DNA of 63,329 bases, the filler included, from Atractiella rhizophila (lineage: Eukaryota), in assembly GCA_021432655.1 (NCBI GenBank). It is 17 parts of 17 records of this genome, joined end to end, with 100 filler letters (N's around TTAATTAATTAA, not from the genome) between each part and the next. Parts side by side here need not be neighbours in the genome. Positions count along the whole stretch, not along the records: positions 23,908 to 27,720 come from MU272503.1; positions 27,821 to 31,602 come from MU272504.1; positions 31,703 to 35,454 come from MU272505.1; positions 35,555 to 39,302 come from MU272506.1; 13 more parts are not named here. One strand, written 5' to 3'. Below the pieces are notes generated by a model. That model was not told where the DNA came from, ran no database searches, and saw nothing but the letters and a program-made list of their open reading frames with translations. A program made the position numbers and the translations under genes. Every line of letters starts with the position of its first letter. Within the stretch, counting starts at the first letter, position 1. Positions 25,803 through 39,302 of this stretch are shown one piece after another.

Positions 25803-27332
25803 GTGCACATTTTGCTGCAGACGGGGAGATATGGACAGACATGCACTATGCAATCCACTATGTTATACAAAGGCAGCTCGTTAGGCATCAAAGTTGCACG
25901 GGGTTCTGGAGGACCTCTGCTTTTCATGGCGTTAGACGTCGACTGCTTCCATGAGAGCTAATGAGATCACAGAACTTCTTGAGATTAGCCATGGGATTGA
26001 TTGCAGACAAGGAAGGCAAGATGAGCATTCTACGTCTAGGACCGGTATGACCCACGATTCCTCATCAAATTCATGATCGAGTCACTTCACTTTTCGGAGA
26101 GAGGTGAACGGTGAACCTGAAATAACCTGAAATCCCAATCATTTAAATCACTGGTCTCACTCCCCTTGGAATGGAACTGAGTTACGTCTTGAGTTTGTTT
26201 GTTCAGCATGTCCTTTTGCTTAAATCGGATACTTTCCTGATAGTAAAGGTTAACTGTTTCTCAAACCGTCAATTCCCCTGTGTCGCCCACACTTTGAGTA
26301 GGGACGGAGTTGATAACAAGAATTTCTTCTTCGCTCATTTTTGTTACTAAGAGAATAAAAGCTACTCGGGATGTTTGAAGCCAATGCGACCAATAATGAC
26401 GAGATGCGCACTGAAGTGAGTCGACTCCTCCCCTATTTTCAAGGCACCGAATATCAAGTTCGCTGTCTGAACCATGAACTTATTGTTGTAGCAAAGGTTC
26501 AATCGTTCTCTCAAATATGTCTGAGATCTTGTTTGAAACAAATATTCAATACAGGCGATGATTTCCCCTTCATGAAGGTGAAGAAGTAAGGGAAGGCTGC
26601 AGACAATAAAGAGGTAGACAAGGGCAATGATGGCAGGCTAAGTTCTGCAGTTGAACTGACGATGTTAGAAAACATTATGAACTATCATCTTGCAGAGACG
26701 CAGGACGACGTGGATGCAGAGGAGATTTAGGACGAGTTATCTTAGCAATTAATACGAGCACCCTCCTTCCCATGATGCTTGGACCAACTCCCATAAAGAA
26801 GAAACAGAAGCCCCTCGAACAATTGTGACAACTGATTGTAATTGACAGATACGTGACATTTCAATAAAACTCGTCAACAAAGACGCCACCGAGTCACATC
26901 CACTTACAAACGCGACTGTCCCTGTTGTGGATGTTGATACACTTCGGAACAGTCAGCACGATTTGCATCGAATGTGCCCTCAACGTCAAACCAGCTTTCA
27001 AGATAGGCTGATAACTGTTTATCAGGAATAATCCGACGGATACGCACCATCCTATGTCGTGTGAACCCTTAACAAACTCAGTTCGCTCAATCTGGTTTAT
27101 CGTTCAACGTTCAAGCGGAGACTGGATATTGTAACGGTGCAATGTCATTGTGTGTGGTTCGGAGATAAGGGCTGAAGGACACAAAGGAAAAGAAAGTTGT
27201 GCTATCATACCACATCCATTAGCTTCATTTCCTCATCGCTCAAAGCACACCTTGGCGTCAATCAGTTCGAGTAGTAACAATCTCCTCCTCATCAAAGGAA
27301 ATATCTCGCAGAGTTAGTAAACGACTTTCATT

Positions 27333-27720
27333 TCAATGTTTGTCCCAAAACTGCGGCAGTTTGTCACCAGGGACAAAGAGTCTTTCGACACCTTCCCGAT
27401 TGATCACACACATTCGAATCGTACCTCCAGAACTACCGTCCCTCGCCATCGCGAGTGCGAGTGCTACGCCGGAACATGTGTGTCAGTTTTGCTTGCGATG
27501 CAGTTCGGTAACATACCATTGCGCACGAAATCAACCGTTTGATCCTTCGTGAAGTCTTCGCGATAGGTGGAATCGCAGAACCCGTAAATATAACTCGACC
27601 CAGAACCTATGGTCGGCATCAGCCTCATGCAGGTCTATTAAAGCTGTTTTTGAAAAACAAACCTCCGATAGCCCATGGACCTTTGAACAGCCCTCCGCCT
27701 AAAGGGATGTTATAAACTGA
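27333..27720 (-). CDS. PRE3: 20S proteasome subunit beta1, C-terminal part (5' truncated)
   Basis: Spliced [92 protein letters not shown]. Not shown in the ORF track. Confidence 0.93.
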
Positions 27721-27820
27721 NNNNNNNNNNNNNNNNNNNNNNNNNNNNNNNNNNNNNNNNNNNNTTAATTAATTAANNNNNNNNNNNNNNNNNNNNNNNN
27801 NNNNNNNNNNNNNNNNNNNN

Positions 27821-28224
27821 TTCTTTTCGACATCCATTCCGCCCACGCCTCCTGCGACATCTGAATCCTCTCCTTCACCTTCTTGTTCAGTAATATCGTT
27901 GCTCAGTCCAGAAGGAGGTTTGCTCCTCCACGCCCACTTTCCTCCTTCGTATGTCGGTGGAACTGCAACCCCTAAACCGACATTGATGAAGTTTGAAGGG
28001 GCGGAAATGCTCAGGGAGGAGCCTCTCCGCTGGCGGGTTAGATTTGGGGAGGCTGGGATGGAGGCAGAGGAGAGAGTTGGGGATGAAGGAGGCTGAGCGG
28101 GAGGTTCGGGAATCGGCGAGGCAGTTTGCTTCACGGCGCCGGGAAGGTCGAGTGAATCTGGTTGTTTGAGTGACTGACCCTCCCATGTCGGATCCAATGG
28201 ATGGACAGGTTGCTCATCCATCAT
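27821..28224 (-). CDS. Hypothetical Pro/Ser-rich N-terminus, 3' truncated
   Basis: ATG-initiated low-complexity open frame running to the contig edge. No family recognised. Confidence 0.45.
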
Positions 28225-28775
28225 TTTCTAGGTCGTATTACTGAGGAACAATGGATCTTTTTATCAAAGCAGGTTCTAAGAAGGACATCGATCAGTTCGG
28301 GCCGTTTGGGCAAATAAGTGCGAAGGATAGCACACCAGCTCCTGATTTTGTTCGATTGTGGTACGAGAGTGTCAGCTTCCAATACCAATTTATGTTTGTT
28401 GTTTGGTTTGGAGGTGGAGATGAGGCAAACGAGACCAGAGCAAACAGGGACAGAAGCTGATTGATGCAGTATTGATGCTAAAGTTCAAGGGTGCCGACTG
28501 GTTTGACCAATGAGTACATTAGCGCCAGAATTCAACGCCACAGACCAAAATACGCACATTGAAATTTACCCTGAGATAATTTTCACCTCAGAAAGCCAGA
28601 TTGATAAGTCCTTGGTCGTTCAGGTCGCTGCATCTCCTTCTTTCCCGCCCCGTTGGCGAAGCGAAACAATGATCAGCGGAACCTTCTTCAAGTTTGGTGT
28701 TAGGGGTATATCCGCATTGTCGGCGTCTTGTTGATCAATTTCCAGCCGTAACTCTATGTTTGTGGTGGCACAAGA

Positions 28776-29910
28776 ATGTCAACGGATATGCCTGCGAGAA
28801 AGAAACGACGAACACGCCAGCAGTCTCCGCCTCAAGACAAGGTGATCTCAGGTCTGCCAGAAGGGTGGCAGAAAAAGGGAGTGCAATATTGGGAAGGGGT
28901 GGAGGCAAGCGTAGATGGTGTTCTTGGTCCACGATCTCCTTCCTCTTTCTGACAATTGCGGCTGACACGTTAATGTAAAGGTGGATTTGGCCAAAGTGTC
29001 ATTCCGCGTATGGATGCTCTGGGATCAAGAATGTTTATTCATTCGCTCTTTCCGTCCCTTTCTCCAATCCCGTCACCTACGATACAACCAGTCACATCTC
29101 TGTCTACCGCTCCGCGATCGGATCATTTCGTGGCTTTAGACGCTGGAGCGGGTATCGGACGAGTGACAAAGGGTTAGCGCTTCCCTCCTTGCGGGAAAGG
29201 AGAGCTAATGGAAGAGGAAGGAAGAGGTCCTCCTCCCACTCATGGACGAAGTTCACCTCGTGGAACCCGTCGCGAAATTTCTCGCTCAGGCGAAGAAAGA
29301 AGTTGAAGATCGAGATGGTCGATTTTCACTCCTGGATGCCTTTGCAAATGGAAAGAGGAAGAGAGTGCGAATGTTCAACGTCCCTCTTCAAGATTTCGAC
29401 CCTTCTTCCCACCCAAACGAGTGTTATTTCTCCTCCTCCTCTTCTTCTGATGAGAAAGAAGAGAGGTCTGAAGGGAAATACCATTTGATCTGGATACAAT
29501 GGTGTCTTCCACATCTCACGGATGCCGAGATAATTCGGTTTCTCAAGGCTTCAAAAGCTGCTCTTACAGAAGGAGGCTATGTTTGTGTGAAAGAGAACTT
29601 GGTGATGGAGGGAGTAGAGAGTCTGAGGGATGAAGAGGACTGGAGCGTTACTCGGTTCGTCTGTCGCATCCCCTTTCTTTCTGCATTCAGTTGGCGCGAA
29701 ATATTTACGCGTTGAATCGTGCTACAGGAGCGAGAAAGATTATAGAAGACTTTTTGCGGCCGCTGAGATGAAGTTGGTGAGCGTCGAGTTGCAAAGAGGC
29801 TTTCCGGAGGAATGCTTTGCTGTCAAAATGTGTGCACATCATTTTCCCTTCTGTTTCAATTGCACAATAATCTTATCCACCAACTTGGGCTCAGGTTCGC
29901 ACTGCAATGA
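28776..29910 (+). CDS. TAE1: Alpha-N-terminal protein methyltransferase (NTM1/NTMT1), multi-exon
   Basis: YWEGVEASVDGVLG|GFG, ALDAGAGIGRVTK, VHLVEPV, YHLIWIQWCLPHLTD, VKENL, DWSVTR and FAVKM|FALQ*. Confidence 0.93.
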
Positions 29911-30474
29911 TTACCTTTTTGGACCTTCAATTCACCAATTGAAACCCTTTATTTTGCTGCATACGGACAACATCAACGGAAATCTGGGCAATATTGCGAG
30001 GCCAGCATAATTTGATCAAGTTTGCATCTTCTTGTTGAAACTCACTAGCCCAGATCTCTGCAATCCAAGGTCTTTATGACTTTTCTTCTCCTGTTCATCT
30101 GCGTGTCAGGGAAATTAGCGTGGAAAATGATGACTGTCACGTGTGTTCGGAAGTACGGGGCTTTCATCGTCCGCACTACAAGAACCCCACTCTCCAAGAG
30201 GCTGCTCCAAACGACGAAGCCAGTAATTTCGACCCTGCCCCCTTTCCTCGCTAGTGAGACCAACTTCTCGTTCTTATCCTCCGGAAGAGTTTTTACGAGC
30301 TCAAGTTCTCCGTCCGTCACCAGCCCCATACCGCCAAAAACAACTCCAACCACCAACTAACAAGTCTAGCAACAAGTCAACCGACGTTCTTTCAGACCTT
30401 CTTTCCTAAATTGCACAGCTTCACCAGCTACTACATATATTCTACGATTGTCGATTTTCAGATTTGACTCAGAC

Positions 30475-31419
30475 ATGGCCGCCAAATATCTCTCTGTCGT
30501 CGTCCCCGCCCTCTTGACTCTCCTCGCGAAAACAAATGCCGCTGTCACTCCCACTGGTCCAGCCCCTGGAGCTGTCTTCAAGGAAGGAGGAGATTGCACC
30601 ATTACCTGGGATGCGGACAAGACCGGGGAGTGGACGGATCTGAAGATCCAGTTGATGAATGGCGACAATTTCAACATGATTCCTCGTACGTCTCTTTCCC
30701 GTTCCTTCAAAGGTCAAAGAGGACCAGCGGAGTCGTGTTGACGATTTTCCTTTGTGTGGAATAGTGGAGACTGTCGTCACTGGATTGGACGGAACGAAGT
30801 CCCCTGGACAATACACTTGGACCTGCCCTGACGTTAACCTCAACGCCCCCATCTTTTTCTACGAATTCACCAACGGAGCCGTGGAGACTGGAGAAGGCAA
30901 CGTCTTCTGGACTGGAAGGTGGACCATTGCGGACGCTGATGGAAACTCTGTGCGTTTCTGTCCCCTCTCTCCTTTGACGTTGCTAAATATATTCGTACTG
31001 CAGGTTGCAGCCCCCAACACTGACAAGGTACATCGGTACTGCTTTTCAGCGTGAAGCTTTATTGACATGGTGGGCTGATAATTCAGGACGGAAACGGAAA
31101 CCCGTACAACTGGGGAGTGACCACTCTTGCTGGTGCATCATCCAACAGCACTACCACGACTAACAGCAGCAACTCAACGACTGCTTCGCAGACAAGCAGC
31201 AGTTCAAGCACTGGCAATTCTGCCGCCCCCGCGGAGACGCTCAGCACCGGCAGCAGTGACGAGGCGTCTAAGACCACGAGCACTAGCAGCCAGCAGACGA
31301 CTGGCAGCAGCGCACAGCAGGGATCTGGAACCTCCCAGAATGACAATTCCGCCGCCAATGTTCTCAGCGCTGGAATCTTCAGTGTTATGCTCGCCGTCGC
31401 TGGACTTGCGACCCTCTAA
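30475..31419 (+). CDS. Secreted Ser/Thr-rich GPI-anchored cell-wall protein (Kre9/Knh1 N-terminal-like), 4 exons
   Basis: Signal peptide, PTGPAPGAVFKEGGDCTITW, IQLMNGDN, YTWTCPDV..NAPIFFYEF, WTGRWTI, a Ser/Thr tract and a hydrophobic C-terminal GPI signal. Confidence 0.85.
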
Positions 31420-32309
31420 GCGATGAGCTGGAGGTGGAGGTACTTGGAGAGAGATGGACTCTTCAGTGGTTGAGGTTGTTTCCTGTCCATATCTTCCTCG
31501 TCCATCTTTTGGGACTCACCCTCGCTTCGCCCCGAATCAACTCAGGTCATCTGAACGACTTACAACGTCGAACGGTTAGATACCCTTCTTCGACCTTCTT
31601 ATNNNNNNNNNNNNNNNNNNNNNNNNNNNNNNNNNNNNNNNNNNNNTTAATTAATTAANNNNNNNNNNNNNNNNNNNNNNNNNNNNNNNNNNNNNNNNNN
31701 NNGAGGGAGGAAAGAGAGAAGGAGCGAGAGCAGGAGAAGAGGAACGAGGAGATGTTTTCTTTCGAGCACGTCTACGACTTCTTCTCTTCCACTTACTGAT
31801 GTGGTGCGGAACAGCTATGACACCGAGTTGAAAAACGAGACGAACCTCGCTTCGAGCAACCCTTCGTACCGTGAAGAGAGCGATACAGAAACTGCGAGCG
31901 TCACATCACCCTCTTCCCCTTCCAGCTCGTCCTCTAAGATCTGAGTACTGTCTTGTCCTCTGCAATTCGCTGTCTGTCTTGCCGCTACAAGTCCGAATTC
32001 TTGCTCATCGAAGTGTCAGTTCGACTCTCAATGTCAAAATAACAACATCGGCATGTCTCCATCTTGTGCTGAACGAAAAGATTGTGGTAAAAGAGTTAGG
32101 GTGCGAATTGTAACCTGTCGGAGTTACCTTGTTGGTTTGAAGTGGTTGTCAGTATGCTATGGACGTTTTTCTGGACTTTGGCTCTCCTTCTTGTTATCCC
32201 CGCTTTCGTTGTGCATCCTTCTTGGCGATCTGAAGCAATACCATATCATATCTGTGCCTATAAATCTACACATCCGGCCTAGAGCTTGTGATGCGACCCC
32301 AAATGCACA

Positions 32310-33790
32310 TCAACCCAACTTCAAACACCCCGTCTTCAATCCCTCACCGCCATATCCTGCCACGCGCCGCGCCAACTCCGCCTTCCTCCTGCCCGCGGCT
32401 TCCGCCTCGCTCGTCAGCTCGTACGTGGTTGCGAGGTTAAAGAGGAGGGCCTCAGTGGAGAGGAAGGAGGAGGGGGAGCGATCAAGGATGGTGTGTAGGA
32501 TGTTAGATGTGGATGACAGACGACCGTGGAAAAGGTGGGTCACCGACAAGTTATTCGCCGCCTGTCATCGTCGTCATCCACATTGTTTCATGGTGGAACA
32601 CAGGAGGACGGAGGAGGGAAACTTACCACGTAATCGGTAGGATCGAGCGTCAAGCATTCCCTCCAACACCCCTCGGATTCCGTCCACTCAGCCCTCGCCG
32701 CGTGGAGTAAGCCTCTGGCGACCAGCTTCGTCCTCTTCAGCTCTTTTTCTTCTTCTCCATCCCCTCCTAAGGTCTCTAGAGACGGGGATGAAGAAACTCG
32801 GAGGTTCTCGATCTGATCAAGGATGGATGTGGCGCGGTTTAAGTTCCCGGTGGTAATGCTTAGACGGAGGAGGGAGAGCAGGGTTGGCGCGGTTGGCGGA
32901 AGGGAAGATAACAGAGAGGAGGCCGAGGGATAATCCTTTCATCAATCTCTCGTCAGTTTCACGCTTCGAGTCTTACCAAAAAAGTGAAGGGGATAAAGGA
33001 GGACAAACCCGCATTTGGATCAAAAGTCCAACGACCTCAAATACCAATCTCGTCCCTCGCTCTTCCCAGATTGGATCTGTACCTTCGAGCGCGGCGCAAC
33101 GCCGTATGAGGACGGAGAGGTTGGAGATAGCATCCGGAGGGCTGTTCTTCAAAGCAGGCAGACGAGCAAAAAAGACCTGATGGACACAGGATCAGCATTT
33201 GTGCGTTGATCGGAGGGAAGAAAAGGAGAACAGACGAGGAGTGGAAAGCAGAGGGTGAGGGAGATGGTATCTAACGGGGGAAGTAGAGCTTGTAAGGAGG
33301 ACGCTTCGGATAGGAGGTGAGCTGAGAGACGGAGTCGGAGGAGGGAGAGGAGTCGGAGGTGCCACCACTGTTTCGATTGTGTTAACGCGTCAAATCGCGA
33401 GGGCTGTAATATGAACCTGACAGAGAGTAACGACCTACTTCAAGTATTTCTGTGGTGTGAGTTGCATCTGAATCCACTATCTTCTCCCTTGCATATTCCG
33501 CCACAGCTCTCCAGCGGTTCTCAGCCTAGCAGAAGTGTCATTGATCGACATCCCAAAGCACAGCAACATACGATCAATCTCTCTAACGGCAGTCCATTTG
33601 AGCTCCCACTAAGGTCTCTCTGCGGTATCTGTCCTGGTGCGACGTGTCTTTGAAGTATGGAAGTGAGAGGGTCTGTGGACGGGAGCGAAGAGGAGCCAGA
33701 TGGGTCACGGTGAAAGAGTGACGAAGATGTCAACCCTGGGATGTATGTATCTTCTGGTTGTGGAATCGTAGAGATGGACAGTGGAGGCAT
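32310..33790 (-). CDS. TRAPPC12-like TPR protein, multi-exon
   Basis: ENRWRAVA and WHLRLLSLLRL. C-terminus EALLFNLATTYELTSE...KAELARRVAGYGGEGLKTGCLKL resembles the TRAPPC12 C-terminus. Internal splicing not fully resolved. Confidence 0.65.
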
Positions 33791-33921
33791 CGAGTTTGCT
33801 TATGTAAATCCTGTCTTCCAGCCTATGAGTCACAAGCCGCAGTTTGTGACAGCAATCGACTTGGAGACCGTGACAAGTTCAGAGGTCACAAAAGAGATCA
33901 ACGAAGTCAGCGAGCATTTTT

Positions 33922-34657
33922 ATGGAAGAACCAGAACGCGATCCCGACGAGGAGACGCCGCTGTTGGCACCACACTCCCCCGCTTCCATCATTCGTCGGG
34001 TGCGGTCCGTTTGGAAGGATTTCGTCGGTTAGCGCTTCCTCCTCCTTACTTCCAAGCACTGCAGCTAATAAGATCCACGAAAAGATTTCGTAGCCTCAGA
34101 TAACGTCCTTCAAGTAGCCGTCGGTCTTATAATCGCTCAAGGGTTCACTTCCGTCGTCAATTCAGTCGTCACTGACCTGCTCCTGCCTCTTATCTCCCTC
34201 TTGCCTTTCATCCAAAAAAACTTCGCCCAGAAGTTCTTGATTCTTCGATATGTGCGTATCCTACTTTCTCCTTTACAATAAGCATACTTGTCCGCTGAAA
34301 GAGTGGTTTTGTCAGGGTCCGCACCCTCCATACAACACTGTGGATCAAGCGCTTGAAGACGGTGCCGTGGTCATGACGTATGGGTATGTTTTCTCTTACA
34401 CCTTTCGAGACAACAGAATTGACTTGTGAACAATCGAAAATAGAGCCTTCATAAGCAACGTCGTGAACTTTTTCTTTCTCGGTGTCTTCCTCTTTTCCGT
34501 CGCCCACGTCTACACCTTCTTCACCAAGAAACCTATCATCTCTCATACTGTTCGTTGCGAGTATTGTCGGAAGTACGTGTCTACCAAAGCCAAGCGGTGC
34601 TTCAATTGTACCAGCTGGTTGGACGGAAGGGAAGAGAAAGCGACCAGTGCTAGGTGA
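33922..34657 (+). CDS. MscL-family large-conductance mechanosensitive channel homolog, 4 exons
   Basis: Spliced WKDFV|DFVASDNVLQVAVGLIIAQGFTSVVNSVVTDLLLPLI...YNTVDQALEDGAVVMTYG|AFISNVVNFFFLG, with a C-terminal CEYC-x9-RCFNCTSWL. Confidence 0.88.
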
Positions 34658-36116
34658 CGTTCAAGCTGTTCTCAGTTTCCTTTGCGTGAATCTACGTAAC
34701 ATGGACTCTTGGGTCGGAAGTTCAGCATGCCGTTTCTGTCCGCAATGTTGCAACACCGGATGTGCAGTGGTTCACAAGCTAGTTCTGTCAGCAAGACTCT
34801 TCTTATACACCGTCCTTTCTTCTTTCGGTAATTAGTAACAATTTATGCACTGACAGGATCCGTCCCTCCTGTATTCAGCTGTCCTTGCGTTCTCTATGCT
34901 AGACACTACTGTGATGCAACATTTGAGCGCGCGAAAGAGGCAGTAAATTGAGTGTCCATATGAAATTAGCAGGAAATATTATAGGCTCTTTCCAAAATCA
35001 AAACTAACGCTTGAGGGGTTTTAAGGTCCATTTATAGTACCAGTAGTGAGCGACTTGATGAGAATCATAATACTTCAGAAAGCATAACCCAGTTTCTCGC
35101 CAGATTCGACGAGCCCATTGTCCCTCAATAAGCTAGCACGTATATTCGTGGCGTCATGAATCCAGCAACGAAGTCTACTTACAGACCGTATGCAGCTTAT
35201 TGCGTTCGTGTAGGTATATCCTTGAAGGAGAGTAAAAGTCGGGAAAGCTGCTCAGCAGTCCGTCTCGCTCGATCACCGTCTCCTCTGCGTTCCAGCCAAC
35301 GGGCGGCCTGTCACTCTCCACCATTCCTATTCCCATCCCTGAATTAGTACCCGCCCAACACAGATGATCAAGAGGAAATAGACCTTCATACAACTATGTT
35401 TCTTGGTATCGAAACTATACCTCGGATTGCAATTGCACTTCCCCCTGTCCAGCGNNNNNNNNNNNNNNNNNNNNNNNNNNNNNNNNNNNNNNNNNNNNTT
35501 AATTAATTAANNNNNNNNNNNNNNNNNNNNNNNNNNNNNNNNNNNNNNNNNNNNGCTTCGTTACAGACTTCAATTATATCTATTCGAACAACCGTTTCGC
35601 GCACTACGGGAATGGTTTCACACTTCGCGAAGTGGAGGAGAGGGATATCGTAAATTCTTCATTTCCCCATGCACACGTCGTTTCTGATGCCTCTCCACAG
35701 ACATGGTATTGGAAGACTGGCGAGAGGTTAAAGCTGTTCGATTATTGATCGTTGACGCCTCTTTAGTTTGAATGGAGTGCATTCGAGACGGTGTAGAAAG
35801 GTACATATATATGTAGAGGCTAGAGCTCACGCCTATGCTTATGATTTTCACTCTATGCATGTATTACTAGCACTGGAAATTAACAATTCATGCAAATTGC
35901 AACTCATGTCTCATCCTATGTGCTTCTCCCAATTATGGCCGTAAGGATCGTGAAATTCTCATCGACCTCTCGGCATTGGTCTAGATGCTTGGAAGTTGCG
36001 GCACCAAGCTTGCTTTGATATGGACCGTTATCCTTATATACAAGTGTGTCAGAGGCTTTCGTCCCTCAGGCCCCCCAACCCACTCACAAGGGGCATGGCC
36101 CCTTGAACCCTACATT

Positions 36117-36211
36117 GAGTTCGAGTCCAGGATGAAACACATTTTTTACCACCTTCAGAATAAAATTTCCTCGCGGCTTCAGAAATGCGCATGCAGTAAG
36201 ATGATGTAATT
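36117..36211 (+). repeat. tRNA 3'-like / B-box-containing dispersed repeat, copy 2
   Basis: GAGTTCGAGTCCAGGATGAAACA, a T-run and a tail homologous to 2612-2712. Confidence 0.55.
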
Positions 36212-36480
36212 GTTAGGGCTGAGACTATGTGCGGTCGCTGATGGGTGATGCGTCTGTAGTGGAAATAAACCTAAGAGCATGATATGACATGAAGACTAAC
36301 CTGTAGTGGAGATAAACCTAAGAGAATACTCTAAGGTCACCTCCACTACTCTCCGATCTATATATACAAGCGGAATAACACTGCCACAGAGCGTAGAGGA
36401 GAGCAGATGAAACATGTAAGAGAACTAAAAGGGGAAGTGACAGTGGGATTACCCGGAGTTAATAAGAAGAGGATAGGCAC
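36211..36480. repeat. LTR-like fragment with an internal 24-bp duplication
   Basis: Starts TGTTAG. CTGTAGTGGA(A/G)ATAAACCTAAGAG occurs twice (about 36254 and 36301). TATATATA at about 36359. Confidence 0.35.
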
Positions 36481-37729
36481 AATTGGGCTAAGCCGTGATG
36501 TAGGTGCAAATGGGCGAATGGGCGAATGGGCGACAGGAGACGCAGAGTGGTGAACGGGCGCCGATTTGCGTAAGATGCAAACCTGACACGGTGATGGTGT
36601 GAAGATTCAGGCTGGTGATCATATGTTCCAGCGTCACAAATGCAAGCGGCTTCCTCGTCAAATCCAAGTACAGAAATACAACTATGATGGCCTCATCAGG
36701 CATTGGTCTGGTCACAGCCCTGTTTACCAGTTGTGACACTGTGTCAGTAGCTGAGGGTGAAAAACCCCTCCGGACATTGTTGGTACTGTGAACACACAGT
36801 ACAGGGGTGACGTGCTGTGATAGTGCCAAGCCTCCCATGTTTCTTGGCGAACACGTTTTCAGTGTGCCCGAGATCTGTAGCCTTCACACAAGGAGAATAG
36901 GATACCATTTAGCTGAAGCTTAGAGGCAAGGCGATCACATGTGAGGTTTTAGTGGGTATTGTTGGTAGAATGGAGCCCCACACTGTTCCTATTCCAGTCA
37001 GTGCAGGTTTGTGTGTAAAAAGCATTTCCTCATCAAAAAAAAAAATTATACTGCTCATACTGGCCACCAACTGCCCATCTTAAGCTGTCAACGGCAAACG
37101 AGGTTAGGTCTTGATGAGGGTGCGGGTGACGGGACAGCGTCTCTGGGTCGAAAATGATGGACTAGACGGTCAAAAGCCGTAGATAGATGAAGATGATGCT
37201 GAACCATACCAGTGGCTAAGGCAGGTTATAAACCACATAGACTGCCCTCAAAGAGCCCCACCATCGCCAGAACTGAAGAAGCAAGGCCAACATTATGGGC
37301 ATTAAATACAGAAAATGGACAATGCAGAGCGAGTGCTGCCATGAGGTGGTTGAATAGTTGGAAAGTAAAGATTAATATGGATTTCATCACATATAGAGCA
37401 GACTCATGCATATTTCAGCAGACTGAAAATGAAAATAACAGGGGAAACAGTGGCTATCACATAGAACATAACGAGATCCCCATAGTGATCTGGTAACAAA
37501 AACTCTATGGAGCTATGATAGGCCTGTGACACCCTCCGGAATTTGTCGATGCAGTTCTCTGCACAAATATCATCCGGTTTTCCTTATTTCCTGCTTCTGA
37601 ATTTCAATTGCTTTTTGTTGTAGTTGGAGTGACGGGCAGCTCTAGTGGAAAGCTATGATGATCTGCAGATTAGGATGTAACACAGAACAATACAGAACAA
37701 TGGTTTGACGAACCTGAAAGTCGATTTCT

Positions 37730-39302
37730 TCTTGCAGAGGTAGCTTCACCTAGTCCCGGACAGACTTTTGCTTTCTCCTCCTCACAGTTCATCTCCCTCT
37801 TGTGTTTCTGAACTCACGCATGTGAAAAGTCAATGACATAAACCTTTTCTGAGCGGAAATAAAGGTTTTGTATTCGAATATTGCCATGAAGCACCCCTAT
37901 TTCGTGCACTTTCTTCACCGCCACAAGGGCTTTTTGCCTAATCACCCCACATCAAATATAGCTCAACTCCGCAGGACAATCTTACCTAGCTTCCAGCTGC
38001 ACCACGTTGATGTCCTCCTTGAATTCTCCTGCCAGTACTTCCATCACAATGATCCCAAATCTCTCCTTCCTCCCAAACCTTTCCTCCCTCCTTCGTAGCT
38101 TCCATAAACTTGAGGGACGTGCCTTCCCTGTGAACTAGAAAGCCGCTCATACGCCTCTACTTCTTGTCGAAAGTAGTCCATATTTGATTGACTAGGATCT
38201 TGCATCTTTCGCAAACCATCAAAGTACTTAACAGCCACTCTTCTTTCCCCCCATATAGCCTTGAAAACCGTGGCAAATGCCCCCGAGCCTAGTTCATCTG
38301 TGATTTCTAATGTTTCCTCACAGGGCTCTGACTAGAGAAGGCATCAGCGTAAAAGCCTTAATGGACAGTGACGAACTGGTGTCCCGATGGCATAAACTGG
38401 GTAAAGCTTAGAGTTGAGGACAGACTTGGTAAACACCACATCCAAATCCGGCTAAGTTGTGGTTAACGACTGTGTAGCACAATTAGACCACTTACTCGTG
38501 TCCCTGCTCCTTGTTTGGCTGTCATGCCTTTCTTCCCATCACAATTGCGAGCCGGAAGGGTGGTTATAGAAGATCCACTCTGCATTACTGACTGAGACAC
38601 TTGGGTGGGAGGGGAGGGTGATCTGTGACTGGAGGAAGATCCAAATTGTCTAAGCACATCCCAACCATCGTCTTGATAACTCGATGTCCAACGACATCAT
38701 ACTGGTCGGAACACAATAGGTAGAATCCGTAGGCCGTAATGACTCGTTGGAAAAACAGGAAGGTTTTCCCCCCGAAGAGTAGGCCGAAAGGAGCACCGTT
38801 TATAGCCATGTTTTTCCCAAGCTTGCACACAGTGAGGAACTGGCAAAAGGATGGACTGGACATACTGTAGTGACTATGGAACGTGCTCCTTCTTCCTTTC
38901 CGTCACCAGCAGAGTACAAATCAGTCCCGACTCCATTTTCGTTCTTCCCCATGGCGACAATCTCATCCCCCAAGGTAGTAGAGACAGTGACACCTTTGAG
39001 CTCGATTTGGATTTTCGTTGTCTGATCAAGCATTAGCCTGCCGTCACTCCGGGTACCAAAGCTGGTGGGGTCTCGTTCCATGGTTAGTTCAGTTGATGTT
39101 GCATCTTTATATCCCGCCATTACAGCTTCAACCCAGAAACCGAACGCGTTCGTATTGGCAACCGTCTCGTCTCCCACCAGCTTTCTAGCAATAGTGCAGA
39201 GGAACAGCCCAATATCAAGCGACAGCTGATCTGATGCCTGTCTAGAACCCAAGCTTGTGTCAGTTGCTTGACACATAGTCTCAAGGAAGCTTGGATGATA
39301 GC
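37730..39302 (-). pseudogene. PD-(D/E)XK-like domain plus protein kinase-like fusion, disrupted and 5' truncated
   Basis: N-terminal TRSDGRLML..KIQIELKG. Kinase motifs ELGSGAFATVFKA..VAVKYF, QEVEAYERL..QGRHVP.VYG, VLHGNIR..N and VIDFSHA*. Frameshift near 38050-38090. Confidence 0.75.

Noticed and set aside
27255..27295. Box C/D snoRNA on the minus strand (TGATGA..CTGA with weak 18S-like complementarity)
   Set aside because: The complementary stretch is not adjacent to the D box and there is no terminal stem.
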